A DNA stretch of 63,058 bases, the filler included, from Pelomyxa schiedti (taxonomy: Eukaryota; Protista; Evosea), in the NCBI GenBank assembly GCA_020536535.1. It is 17 parts of 17 records of this genome, joined end to end, with 100 filler letters (N's around TTAATTAATTAA, not from the genome) between each part and the next. Parts side by side here need not be neighbours in the genome. Positions count along the whole stretch, not along the records: positions 3,336 to 19,696 come from JAHLWZ010000559.1; positions 19,797 to 20,946 come from JAHLWZ010002765.1; positions 21,047 to 22,769 come from JAHLWZ010002305.1; positions 22,870 to 24,963 come from JAHLWZ010000708.1; 13 more parts are not named here. One strand, given 5' to 3'. The notes under the pieces are model-generated. The model did no database searches. It was not told where the DNA came from and saw only the letters and a list, made by a program, of their open reading frames with translations. Positions 12,510 to 24,385 of the stretch are shown here, in pieces. Position 1 is the first letter of the stretch. Each line of letters starts with the position of its first letter. A program made the position numbers and the translations under genes.

Positions 12510-15500
12510 TCAAGCATCAGACATTGTTCTCAGTGTTGACCAAAAATCTGAGTCAGAAATGTAGCATTTCTTCTCTGTGGAGTGAAGATACGTGTGAGGT
12601 TACGGGAGAAAAATACTGTGAGTACCTTCTGATGGTTCTGGGGCCGATTTCCATGCGTAAAAAGCCTCAGGCCGAATAATGTTCTTTAGAAGTAGACACG
12701 AGAAGATTTCTTCCACTGCATCTGGGCAACTGGTCAAGATGGTGTTCAATTGGGGGAGTGAAGTACCTTTTGGAACTTTCTTCACAGTGCATAACTTCAC
12801 TATTTCATCCAAGCAGGCCATTTGTGTTGCATTGTTATTGAGTGTTGGGTTGTTATTCAACAACGCAGACAAAGCTTCAACATGGGAGACAAGCTGTTGA
12901 GGGATGCCATCTGGGGATTGAACTTGATCGAGGATGGTACTGAAAACCATAACTGAGAATTCGGCATCCTTTTGTCGTTCAGGTGTTTCGTAAAGCCACT
13001 GAGCAATGGCGGGTGCTGGGTTAGGTTCTGCAAGAAACTCTAAAAGTTTAACTTTCGCTTGTCGTTCTGGTGATAAGGCAATACCCTGCGAATTTTGGTT
13101 TCAGTTTTTCCACAAAGAAAAGATGACATAGGGTACCTTCTCTTCGAAATAAAGGTAAAGTGCATTTTGATCTATGGTAGTTTTTGCCATGGAAAGCAAT
13201 TTGACTTTATGTTTCTTGAGCTTGTACTGTACTTTGGCTAGTCCCTGAAATAAATTATCAGTACAGTCTACAAAATGAATTATTGCGTTTCGTGGTGAGA
13301 ATCTTGCAAGCGTAAGTGGTAAGCAGGGTCCATACATATGAGAGAGGATCGGCTTCGGATTTTTCGGTCAATGCTTTGAAAACTTCACGTAGCAGATAAA
13401 GGGCCAATCCATATTGGTCTTCATTTTTCAAAGATGGGACTGTTTGGGGTATAAGAGGTGCAAGAAGCTCGGGAAGTTGGGCAAATGATAATAATTTTAT
13501 TTTGACGGCACTGTAAAGATTGTTTAAGAAAGAATGAATATCAGTCGATATTTACCCTGCCAAAATAAAGGAAAGTGGCCCAGCAAATAAAGGAACATCT
13601 GGAATAATGTCATCAAGTTTCTCCTTGAGGAGCAGTGCTACACTAAAGGTAATAAGTTTCTTTTTTGGGAAAAAAAAGTCTGACACACCCACTACAGAAA
13701 TGTTTCTCTGTGAGGGAATTATCATCTTTGAGATGGGATAATAGTTCCAAGATGCGTTTGGGGGCATCTTTTGGACCATCCAACAGCAGCCATTCTATGG
13801 CCTGACAGACGACATTAGGTTTTTTCCCTAATCCATTGATACCCTCGACTGCTTCAGTTATTTCACCTGAACTAGACAGAATTAGTGTAACGATGTTCTA
13901 CCTGAACGAGATATTACCTGCAAAACGTTTCAAGTACTTCGTTGATGCTCACTGGGGAACGGGTGGGAGATGTAGATTTTGGTGTGCTTTTAGCTGCCAC
14001 TGAGGCTACTGGTGGAGTGGTGGCACGTGCTGCTGTCTTTTGAGGTTGTGACTTCTTTGCGGGTCTGTCTCCTGTAACTTCAGTAAGGGTTCTATTGGTT
14101 CTCATGAGACGATTCGACTATTTCTTGGAAGTATACGCGTAAACATTGGATGTGTCCATTGCCTTGCCCAGTTTGGGTTCTCCTTTGGCGCGTGCCTGTG
14201 TGGGTGGGGTGTATAGTGAGTCAGCGATAACAGTAGTAGTCGTTTTGATTTTAACTCGTGCACTGTGTGAGTTTGTGTGATCTCTTTGTTAGGAAGTTGG
14301 GTAGGGGAAAGCAACACGTACAGGTGAAGCAGCTGACTTTTTGCCTTTTTCAGGCATTGTCTGCCAATCAGAAGTAGGCTTTAATGTTGCTGGCGCTCGA
14401 GCTGTATAAGTAGTGCACCAATAATAAGGAGGAAAAAACGTGAAAAATGTGAGGAGGGAAAGTACGTTTTGAAGGGGAAGCGGGCACTGGTGGGGGTGGG
14501 GCAGGTACAACAGGTTTTTGGACTCCGGATTTCACCTTTGTTTCTTATTATAAACCAGTTTGAATATTGACACAAACACACGGTAGCAGAAACAGGGATC
14601 CATTTAGCCTCTCTCAAGTCAATGATATCCTGAAGAACAGTCAGGTGTAAAAGAGTAGGTAAGAGGGGCTATCAGCTCACCAGAAGAGTGAAATGTATTC
14701 TTGATTCATGTGGTAGTTGGGCTTGTTTCTTGATCTTCTCAAAGAAACTGTCCAAAAACTGCTTACCGGCGGGCACATCCAAGTATTTTCCGACACATTT
14801 CAACATCTTGCACATGGCTTCCAAATCTTCTGCGCCTGGTGGTGGTGTGGTGGAACCCTAAAAAGATGGTTAACAATTAACTGTGTTGAGGAAGAAAAAG
14901 ATACATCGGCGGGGGGATCGGGCACTAGGCTAGTGAGAATGTAGAACATAATCTTTGCTGTGACCATCTTTGCTTTAAACAATTCTCCAATAAATGTTAT
15001 ATTGCCCATAAATTGATCTCGGTCTTTTTGTTCAGTCAAAGCTTGATCTTCTTGCTCTGCTGGAGTCATATTTTCTTTGGCGGGTTGTCTTCTGTTCGCC
15101 TTCCATTTATTTTCTTGGAATGTTCGCTGACAGTGTGACAACAATATTCGTTTAAATAACTGACAGGGTCAGATCACAGAGAATTGAGAACGGCTATACT
15201 TTAGCTGATAGCTCACTGAGCTCTGCTGGTGGGATGACGGTGGTTCTCGTAGGATCAACAACACTTGCTGGGAGAACAAGTCTTTGGTTGAGCCTCACAC
15301 ACAAGCGGGCATACATTTCACTCCATTTGGGTTCTTTTATCGCCTTGTTGAATATCTGGGTCACAACCTCTATTCATTCATGTAAGAATTGTAAAAGAAA
15401 TTGGCAATGAACCTTCTAGGAGAGTGGATGTGGCGAGGGGTTGGGAAACAATTTCTTCAGATATCAGGGCGAAATTTTCTTCGGATAATTTATTCAGGGA

Positions 15501-17149
15501 ACTGAAGATATTTGTAATTGGAAACGTGATAGAAGAGCACACCTCATAACTTTAGACATAACTTTTTGTTCTGGGGTGAGATTCTTTGGACGCTTCCAAC
15601 CCTTTTCTGTGGATTCAAGTGGCTTAGGCCTGTTCATTGTTGATAAAGGCAGACATAAACCGAACTTACTTATAGAAACGGCACTCGGCATCAGCTAAGT
15701 TTTCGGGAGTATCATGATACTGATTTGAAGATTAAGAATGGGTGAAAATAAGGACAAACTACCTTACTAAAAGACATCAAGAATTCCTTTGTATAAACTT
15801 TTGAAGAAGAATCTTTAGGGTCACTTAGGGTTTCTTGAGAAGGGCTTGATTGTTCTGGGGCTGTGCCCGCTACCTTTTTAGAGTAAGAGAGTGTTGTGTT
15901 GAAGTTGTTAAAATGATACTGTTGTGGGTTGGAGACTATTATTTCCAGTTGTGAGAGTTTGTGTTGTTTTTCGAATCGGCTCAGTGACCTAAATGTGGTC
16001 AAAACGTACTAAATGTTATGGCTGCTCTACTTGTGCTGATGCTTTTGGCTTTGTGTCTGTTGTACCCTCACTAGCTGGCTTTCTGTTCGTAAAAGATCAA
16101 TCACAGTTTAGAGTCGAAGATAAGTACCTGACAGGTGCCACTTTTCCTGCACGGGGTCGGAGACAGATAGTTTCTGGGGCTGCTTCCTGTTTAACTGGTC
16201 AAATTGGTTCGTTTAGCCAAAAACAGCGAACCACAGGTTTTGGAGTGACTTTCTCTTTTTTCTCTACTGGTTTCTCTGCGGGCTTTGGGGGTTCAGTAAG
16301 AACTTTTGTCTCGGGGTGTTTTTCAGGAGATGTAGGAGGAGATGCAGAAGGGGACGCGGTCTGTGTAACTTCTGAAATTGCAGAACTTGGAAGGGTGACT
16401 TGTGGTTCGGGGGTGATTGTGCTTGGCTCTGGGGGGAGAGTAATTGTGCTTTGAGTGGGTGTTACTGGAGGAACCACTGGTTCAACAGGGATGACGTGTT
16501 CTGCTGTAGATACATTAGACGTTGGGAGTGAGGTGTCAGCAACTGGGAGGGGTGGAGTGACCGGAGTTGGTTGCTTGGCTTTTTGAGGTTTCTTTGATCG
16601 GGCTTGGGATTTCTGAGTTGCAGGGGGTGCTTGTGGTGTTTCTTTAGTGGGTTGTTCAATACTCGTTTTCGAAACGGAATCGCAAGTGACAGCTGGAGTG
16701 ATTGGTGGGGTAGATTGCACTGGTGCTGGTGTAGTTGGAGGAAGTGTAGTGCTTGGCTCGGTTTTAGTCTGTGTGAGGGGTGGCGAGAGTGCAGTTGGTG
16801 TAACAGGGGGTTGAGATTGTGAAGGAGTGTTTTCCTTTGGGACATCAATGCTGGGACTGACGGCAGGGGAACTTCTCTGTGCCTGTGAAGGAACAGCACC
16901 CTCTGCTACAGTTGGTTGCACAGGGGTAGTTTGATCTCCAACTTTCATAGAAACGTTCTCTATGATTGGTGGAGAAGTTTTTGGCTGAAACTCCGCTGTC
17001 AGGCACTTTTCAAAAGGCACCAATTGTGCTGGAACCTGGCTGACCTTTGGGTGAAACACCGCATCCACGCAATCAGCCAATGACTTGGGACTGGGTGACG
17101 GTCTTGGGCGGAATTCCTCGGCTTGAAGGTTATAGCTAAAACCTGACAT
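12510..17149 (-). CDS. eIF4G: Eukaryotic translation initiation factor 4G-like (4E-binding motif, MIF4G, MA3, W2-like), multi-exon
   Basis: YTKEFLM fits the YxxxxL-phi motif. MIF4G segments: 'LNKLSEENF', 'IFNKAIKEPKWSEMYARLC', 'FMGNITFIGELFKAKMVTAKIM', 'EDLEAMCKML', 'DIIDLREAKW'. C-terminal 'IIRPEAFYAWK'. Long Pro/Thr-rich N-terminus. Confidence 0.88.
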
Positions 17150-17729
17150 GGAGCAAACTCTTTTGGAGAGAACGAGTGAGTCGAAAGAAAAAAAAAAAAA
17201 AAAACACCCCAAGCGAAACCACGGCAAACACTCGCGAGGAAAATAAAAGTATGGAGTAAAAACGACAGCACTACGACTGTAAGATCGCATACGTGGTACA
17301 GAGGACTTGTCGCGTTAACTCGAAGTGCGATAAAAAAGAACAAACAAATAGAAAAAAAAAAGGCCATTCATTTGGATTTGGAGAAAACAAACCCGGCAAC
17401 TGCGTCCCAGACAGATCTCTCAGTCTGAACTCGGACCTCTACCGCTCACGCATCACCGAACAGAGCTATGTCAGTTACCCACTGATCAACATCCTGAGAA
17501 CCATCCGCCCCAGGGATTTCAGGGGCAGATTTCCCAAGCAAAGAAAGAGGAAAAAAAGAGCCCACAGTTGCGTTTCCTGACACAATTGAATTCTCAATAC
17601 AAATCTCGACCGAGAGATTCCGCGTCGCTAAGCCACAATAGCCAATATTTTCCGTTCGGCCGAACCACCCGCCACTTTTTTCGTTATTTCCCCCCACCGA
17701 GGGTTGTGCATTTACACTCAACAACATTC

Positions 17730-18417
17730 ATGGCACTCGACATCGACAAGGACGAACTCGCCTGCACATACGCTGCCCTTCTCATGCACGATGAGAACAT
17801 CCCAATCACCGTACGTCCATCATCGTAGTTTTTTTTACGCCTTTTTTTTTCCCTCGCACAATGGAAAAAAGGGATTACACTTTGTTGTGTGCCGAGCGTT
17901 CGGCTCTGCTTTTTTTTTTTTGTTTGTTTCCGTACTCTATCGTTACATGTTTGAAGCGTTGTTTTTTTTTTTTTTTGTTTTCATGCATACATTTAATGAA
18001 GTGAACAAGTTCCTTTTGTAACGCCAACACAAACGAATACAGGCCGAGAAGATCAACACCGTTCTGAAAGCAGCCAACGTTAAAGTCCAGCCATTCTGGC
18101 CCGCTCTTTTCGGCAAAGTACTCGCAAACCGAAACCTCGACGACATCATCCTGAGCGCCGGCGGCGGTGGCGTCGCAGCCCCCGCTGCTCCCGCTGCCCC
18201 CGAGGCATCATCATCCGCACCAGCAGACAAGGGCAAGGGCCCCAAGGGCGGAAAGGGCAAGGAGAAACCCGCTGAGGTTGAGGAGAAGAAGCCCGCTGAT
18301 GAGGAGAAGAAGGAGGAAGTCGAGGAGGGAGTTGACTTGGTGTGTTTTTTGTATTTATTTATCTCATGCTCTTATACTCATTTTCTAACATAGGGAGGTT
18401 TTGGCCTGTTCGACTAA
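17730..18417 (+). CDS. RPLP1: 60S acidic ribosomal protein P1 (3 exons)
   Basis: '[19 protein letters not shown]|[23 protein letters not shown]', Ala-rich hinge, acidic tail and terminal 'GFGLFD*'. Introns at 17811-18042 and about 18340-18393. Confidence 0.95.
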
Positions 18418-19466
18418 ATACAAAAACCCCACTGCACAACCAGCTTTCCTTCGCACTGCTGTTCAAAATGTTACTTCTCCATTTTTTGTTGCCCTTTCTT
18501 TTCTCTGGAGTGCCACTCGTGCTCCTCAGCACTGTGGCAGGTTACGGTGTTGGTGCCCCCTGTAACATGCTGTGGGTGTTGAATTTGCTGGAATGAGCCG
18601 TTCCTGGGTTTCCCAAGACTACCGTACATTCCAACCAAGTTGTTTCCAAAAACACTGTTGAAGAACTCGAGGTCTCGTTTCCAATGTGGAAGTGCAATAA
18701 GATGGTCTGTTACCTTCCACTCTTTTTCTCACTCGGCTGTGAAGGGCAGGAAAACGAAGCACAGCGGGTCGTGTGGGTCAGTTTACCGTCAATCCGCGGG
18801 TATTCTAGCAGTAGTGTACTGTTCTCCGCATCACTGCGTAGAGTTCCCCGACAGGAAGAGTCCTAAAAGTCGGCCCACCCGCTTCTATCAAATAATGGGC
18901 TTGTGGGGAGACCAGCGCATAAAGGGGTTGCTCCTCACAGATCAGCAGCCCCATTGGCATAAGGTTTCAAAAGTAAGTACCCTTGTACTCAAGCGTACCC
19001 ATTGTTATTCTAGGTTTTGTGGAAATTTCCGCATCATTCTATTACCCCGCTGTTTCGAGCACATTCCACCATTCTTTCCGTCTGGCATTGAGTTCTCTGG
19101 CACCCTGCAAATACGTCCATAATATAAATTTGTTTCTTTTTGCTTGTAATATGTGCATACATAAAGAAAAATTCCAACAAAGGGCAGGCAAACGCACAGG
19201 ATTGTGGGATACATCTCGGTTTTTGGACCCACACTTGTCCCCACCGCACGTTGAGGGCCTCGGAACCCCTCTTTTGTAGACCAACTCACTCTCAATCAAG
19301 GTACCTTCCATTGAATGCAAATTGTATTTATCCCTTTTTGAAATCGTACTGAAACCAAAAATGCTGTGGGTCTAGATGACCATCCCCCAAGCAATTACAA
19401 CTCTCCCAGCACAAACAAATTGAAATTGAATTATATCTGCTACTATGGGATGATTGGTAGGTATAT

Positions 19467-19696
19467 TTAGAGTTTGTCAAGGAAATGATCAAGAGGCATG
19501 ACTGAAGGGGCAAGCCCTTTGCGGCGCCGAACATCGGCCACCACTTTGTTTGTGACGGTCTCCGCAGTTGCACCGGTGCCCCCCAGCACGGACCAGTGGT
19601 CAAACACGCATTGTGGGAACGCCTGCCCTGCCGTGTGGCTGCGCAGGTCTTCCGTGAAGCCGAATGATTCCAGCACAGGGAGATAGGCCCGGACCA
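19467..19696 (-). CDS. eEF2: Elongation factor 2, C-terminal fragment (contig edge)
   Basis: '[32 protein letters not shown]...RRRKGL...FLDKL*'. Confidence 0.92.
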
Positions 19697-19976
19697 NNNN
19701 NNNNNNNNNNNNNNNNNNNNNNNNNNNNNNNNNNNNNNNNTTAATTAATTAANNNNNNNNNNNNNNNNNNNNNNNNNNNNNNNNNNNNNNNNNNNNTCGC
19801 ATATGGTGGTCTGACCAATAAACTGTTTGGAAGACCTATTCCACCAACACTGAAAACAATCATAGCCAACACACATAGACAAAGCACTTCTGTGACTGTT
19901 GCACAGAAGAGGTACAGGCACTCCTAAAAAGCACATTCGTTAATAAAATACCAGTACCACAACAAAAAAATAAAAA

Positions 19977-20058
19977 TGCAGGCAGTGGGGTTCGAACCCA
20001 CGCATCTCACGATAGCTGAGCTTAAATCAGCCGCCTTAGACCTCTCGGCCATACCTGC
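19977..20058 (-). tRNA. tRNA-Leu(TAA)
   Basis: GCAGGTA..TGCCTGC-A acceptor stem, anticodon arm GCTGA-TTTAAGC-TCAGC, long variable arm, GGTTCGAACCC T arm and downstream T-run. Confidence 0.95.
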
Positions 20059-20159
20059 TTCAGTAACACCAGAAGGAAGAACGTACAGTAGTAGGAAGCA
20101 ACAACCAAGGAAAACCAGGTCTATGAAAAGCCGGAACAGAAATCTTTTTGAATCTGAAA

Positions 20160-20241
20160 GCGTCGGTGGCGGAGTTGGTCTAACGCGGTGCACTCAAGAT
20201 GCATTTCCTTTGGAGCCTGGGTTCGAATCCCAGCCGGCGCA
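20160..20241 (+). tRNA. tRNA-Leu(CAA)
   Basis: GCGTCGG..CCGGCGC-A acceptor stem, anticodon arm GTGCA-CTCAAGA-TGCAT, GGTTCGAATCC T arm and T6 terminator. Confidence 0.95.
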
Positions 20242-20353
20242 GTCTTTTTTACAACCCCTACTCCGCCACCGAAGCTTTCCGATACTAGAGGAAGCTGTTG
20301 TTTGAAACATGTAAAAAGAGGTTGCGGAGAGTCACTGTTACTTGAAAGGCTCC

Positions 20354-20676
20354 CACCCAGGCCGTTATCCAAAAAGCAGCCATCGTCCACCCGAGATACC
20401 AGCAATATGACCCACCTTGAACAAAAGTATAACCGCAGACACACCTTCAATTAAACCAGTATAACCAGTAGCCGTCAAACCTCCGTCAAACCAAACACAA
20501 CAACAAAACAAACAAAGCATCTCGCAAACCAAAATAACCCAACGCAACACCGTAGCAGACACCAACACCACCAACACCACCAACACCACCAACACCACCA
20601 ACCCCCCTCAACCCCCTCTGTCGTTCCCAGTATAAAAAGTTCGTAATAAATGCCCCGACGTGTGGGCTTACCCCCC
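20354..20676 (+). mobile_element. 323-bp dispersed element (probable 5'-truncated non-LTR retroelement or SINE) inserted at the 5' end of tRNA-Gln
   Basis: Flanked by the direct repeat TACTTGAAAGGCTCC (20339-20353 and 20677-20691). A second copy lies reverse-complemented at 42552-42806. AATAAA near the right end and an internal (CCAACACCA)n STR. Confidence 0.8.
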
Positions 20677-20685
20677 TACTTGAAA

Positions 20686-20757
20686 GGCTCCGTAGTATAA
20701 TGGTTAGTATGGGAGATTTTGGCTCTCTTTATCTCAGTTCGATTCTGAGCGGGGCCA
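20686..20757 (+). tRNA. tRNA-Gln(TTG)
   Basis: GGCTCCG..CGGGGCC-A acceptor stem, anticodon arm GGAGA-TTTTGGC-TCTCT, T arm CTCAG-TTCGATT-CTGAG and T-run terminator. Confidence 0.93.
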
Positions 20758-20878
20758 CTAACCTTTTTTAACTCGTATTGCGGGCGAACTGCTATCACGA
20801 TCACTGGGTGATTGTACTGTTTGGCTACTGTTAACAGCCTTCTCTGGTTTTGTGTTGATCTCTTTCTGTAAAAAAGAC

Positions 20879-20946
20879 TGCGCCGGCTGGGATTCGAACC
20901 CAGGCTCCAAAGGAAATGCATCTTGAGTGCACCGCGTTAGACCAAC
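20879..20946 (-). tRNA. tRNA-Leu(CAA), second copy, 5' end cut by the contig edge
   Basis: Identical reverse complement of 20174-20241, also sharing the trailer GTCTTTTTTACA. Confidence 0.9.
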
Positions 20947-21046
20947 NNNNNNNNNNNNNNNNNNNNNNNNNNNNNNNNNNNNNNNNNNNNTTAATTAATT
21001 AANNNNNNNNNNNNNNNNNNNNNNNNNNNNNNNNNNNNNNNNNNNN

Positions 21047-21677
21047 AAACCAGCAGCAACAACCGCAAACGCAGACACATCCACCATCACCACCACCGCC
21101 GCTGCCATTGCCTTTGCCTCTACAGCAGACACCCCAGTTCTCATTTGCACCACAGCCGCATGTAATTATGCAAGTACCTCCACAGGTGCCCACTCCTCAA
21201 CATCTTACTTTTGATCCACACCAAAATCAGCAGTTTATCCCCCACCAGCAGTGGCAGCTGGGAGCCTCATTCCCCTATACTCCCCAGTCCTATACCCCAA
21301 GAAACCCTGCTGAAGAAGCTGCGATGATGCGTCTGCTCGAGCGGGAGTTGCAAACAGCTAAGGAGACGAATGCCTATTTCCAGCAGCAAAACCAAGACTT
21401 GCTTAAGAAATACGAGGAATTACTCAAGAAGAATGAGAATCTGCAGCTAAAAAACGAGCAGCTAATGAATCAGCTCATGTCTCTGACCCGGGGTATGCCT
21501 GAAGTCCATACACAATGCCAGGAGAATGAGAATGAAGATGCACCTAATAGCAGTCCCAAAAAGAATCTCCAGGTCGTCATTGACATCTACAATTGGTCAA
21601 CCACTGGCACCCCCACAAAGATAGGTCAGGGATTGACCATCCCACACACAAGGAAGCAAGTAACGACCCTCGAGTGA
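21047..21677 (+). CDS. Partial Gln/Pro-rich coiled-coil hypothetical protein
   Basis: Open from the contig edge, with the heptad-like stretch 'LERELQTAKE...LLKKNENLQLKNEQL'. Confidence 0.55.
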
Positions 21678-22891
21678 TATCCAACCTGGGCCTACCTGCA
21701 AACACCCCCGTCGTTACTCGCCACGTCTACCTGAATAGCACACGGATCGTCTGTGCCCGTGTTGGTACCGCCCCGTTCTGGATGGTAATGCCCCCTGGCT
21801 CATCATAACAATGTCATTTTGAGGGTAAAAAAAGAAATCATCTTTTCTACGTGCAGTTGTATTTTCAAAAATTCATTTGTTTGTCAAAATTCCAAGCAGT
21901 AAATTGTTCAGGAGTGATTGGGGCGACTGTATGATGATTGACAATGAATGTGCAATTTAAATTCTGTCTACCATAGTGAAGAAACGCTGTGTCTGTGTAA
22001 AGAGATTGCACGTAATTTGTGTCTTTCAATGTAATCCCTCGTGGGAATTAGCTTTCTTGTAGCCATGAAGGAAAAATACCACAACTGAAGTGACGGGCCT
22101 CAAGTTGGAAAGCTCCACACTCACGAATCACAACGGCATAGCATCCTTGGATCAGCGGGACAATGTGTCCGTTCGGCCCTGAATGTATTGCACGCTTGAA
22201 CAGCATTGACTGCGCCGCATAGGTAAAACGGGTGAGGTTCCTGCAAAGCTCCATTTATGTCGGATTCACTTGGAGAGGTGATAAAGAGTCCGGTTTCATT
22301 CAGTAACCAACGTAATAGTAACACCAAGCCTTAACAGGGAATATTAACTCCTATTGCCGTTACCACTTACAAAAAAACAACAAAAAAAATGTAAAAACAC
22401 ATAAGTAGTGTTGTATTTATCGAAACACTGTCGCAAAAATGAAAATGGTTCCGCATCCACCCGCACCGCTGCCTGCACCGACCGGCGAATAATTTTGCCG
22501 AAATGACCATCATCTGAACAAAAAAAAAGTTTGTTCGAGGCTAAAAATGGCCAAAGAGAATTTTTGTCTTTTTTATTTAACGGTGTTTTGTTTCTCAACA
22601 AAAGCAAACAAAACCACAGTACCACATTACACAATTCACAATTCTACTCGTTCATTGAGTGACCAACAATGCAGGCTCCAGTGTACACATATCCTTTTTG
22701 TACCAACTCAATGCCTCAGCAGCCTGGCTCCTGCAGTAACACTGTTCTTCAGGCTGTCTCAGCACCAGGNNNNNNNNNNNNNNNNNNNNNNNNNNNNNNN
22801 NNNNNNNNNNNNNTTAATTAATTAANNNNNNNNNNNNNNNNNNNNNNNNNNNNNNNNNNNNNNNNNNNNGTAACTTAAAAAAATCATCTTC

Positions 22892-24385
22892 TTACAGGAG
22901 AGTGAAACATTTGGAAAGAAAAACATCTGTCTCCCCTGGCACAGTGAACGAAACAATGTGGACTCCGGAGGGTGCATCCTGGCACCTTATCCTCCTGTTG
23001 TTCTCTGTGAAGAGAAGGTCATGTCCCCACAGCTGCTTCCCATTGCCAGCAACGCGTTGATACTTCTTCACAAGCTGGTTTGTTCCTGCCTTGTACACCC
23101 TGAAGTGTGAAACATTCTGTGGATCTGTGTGAATGACACAATAGTGGAAGTCGCCAACTGGTGATACATTAGAGTCGAGAACGGTGACCACTCCACTAAA
23201 AACATCCTGAATTAGTGTGGTTCCACTCAGATGTCTGTTGTCTACAAGGACAACAAACAGGCCTCTCTGCCTGTTGCTCAACATGTGTGTGGTAGTGAAC
23301 CAATCCCACCTTAATTCCCTCTCCACAGAAAGCACCTTTGCGACCACAAGTGCTCTTGATTCAAAGGACTTATGGAGGTCAACAATCCTGATACAAGAGG
23401 AGCCACCCAGGTCAGTCACAATGCACAACTCATCACCATCTGCAATACAATCAACTGGCTGGCTGTGTGTCATGAAAATAGTCGCACGCAGCAACCTGCT
23501 CTGTGCCTCAATGGCAGAAACATCCAATACGAGAGGCTTACAAAGAGGGAAGCAAGACTTGTCCAGCTTCCACACCCGCACTTCATGATTAGTGTAAACA
23601 ACCAGCCATTTTCTGTTGTGCAAAGGAGACAGAAACTGGTCACGAGTAAGCTGAATAGAAGCCCTCCTTCCGCCAGTTTCCACAGCATACAGTGAGGAAC
23701 TTTTATGGTGCAACCACACAGTTGGGGTCAGGCACAACACAGCAGGGTTTGGCTCAAAATTCCACAGCACCTTTGGTGTGCCAGTTACACCAAGTGTGTG
23801 AGACATACTGAGCAGTAAGTACGCCTTGTCAGGACAGACACTGGGATTGTAACCCTCAGTGTTGGTGATTAATAGAACCACCTGGCGGGATGTAACCAGA
23901 ACCCACGATTTGACGAGGTAACACAGCACACTCGGGGGCACAAGAGACAGCGCTGGACGGCGCACTGATGCNNNNNNNNNNNNNNNNNNNNNNNNNNNNN
24001 NNNNNNNNNNNNNNNNNNNNNNNNNNNNNNNNNNNNNNNNNNNNNNNNNNNNNNNNNNNNNNNNNNNNNNNAACCCTCAGTGTTGGTGATTAATAGAACC
24101 ACCTGGCGGGATGTAACCAGAACCCACGATTTGACGAGGTAACACAGCACACTCGGGGGCACAAGAGACAGCGCTGGACGGCGCACTGATGCGTCGGTGG
24201 TTGGTGTGTTGGTGATTGTTCCTTTTGGTTGTTATTGGAGAGTTTGAAAAGAATGCTGATGCCGAACTGATACGATTTGTTTTTTTAGGGGTTTTTGACG
24301 ACAACATACTTTGAGTTATCAATTGACACACCAACATAGATGCAGCTTGGTCGCGTGCCCGCACGCACCTCACATTCTGGATCAT
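22892..24385 (-). CDS. Hypothetical protein, same expanded family as 7070-8266 (split by a false gap)
   Basis: N-terminus 'MIQNVRCVRARDQAASML'. Bases 23851-23971 are repeated at 24072-24192 across the gap, so the gene is one continuous ORF once the repeat is collapsed. Confidence 0.72.

Noticed and set aside
19924-20921. ORFs across the tRNA cluster
   Set aside because: They are translations of tRNA genes and the repeat element.
23851-24192. 121-bp direct repeats flanking N gaps (also 31641-31761 vs 31862-31982)
   Set aside because: The identical length and position at gap edges indicate k-mer overlap artefacts, not TSDs or LTRs.
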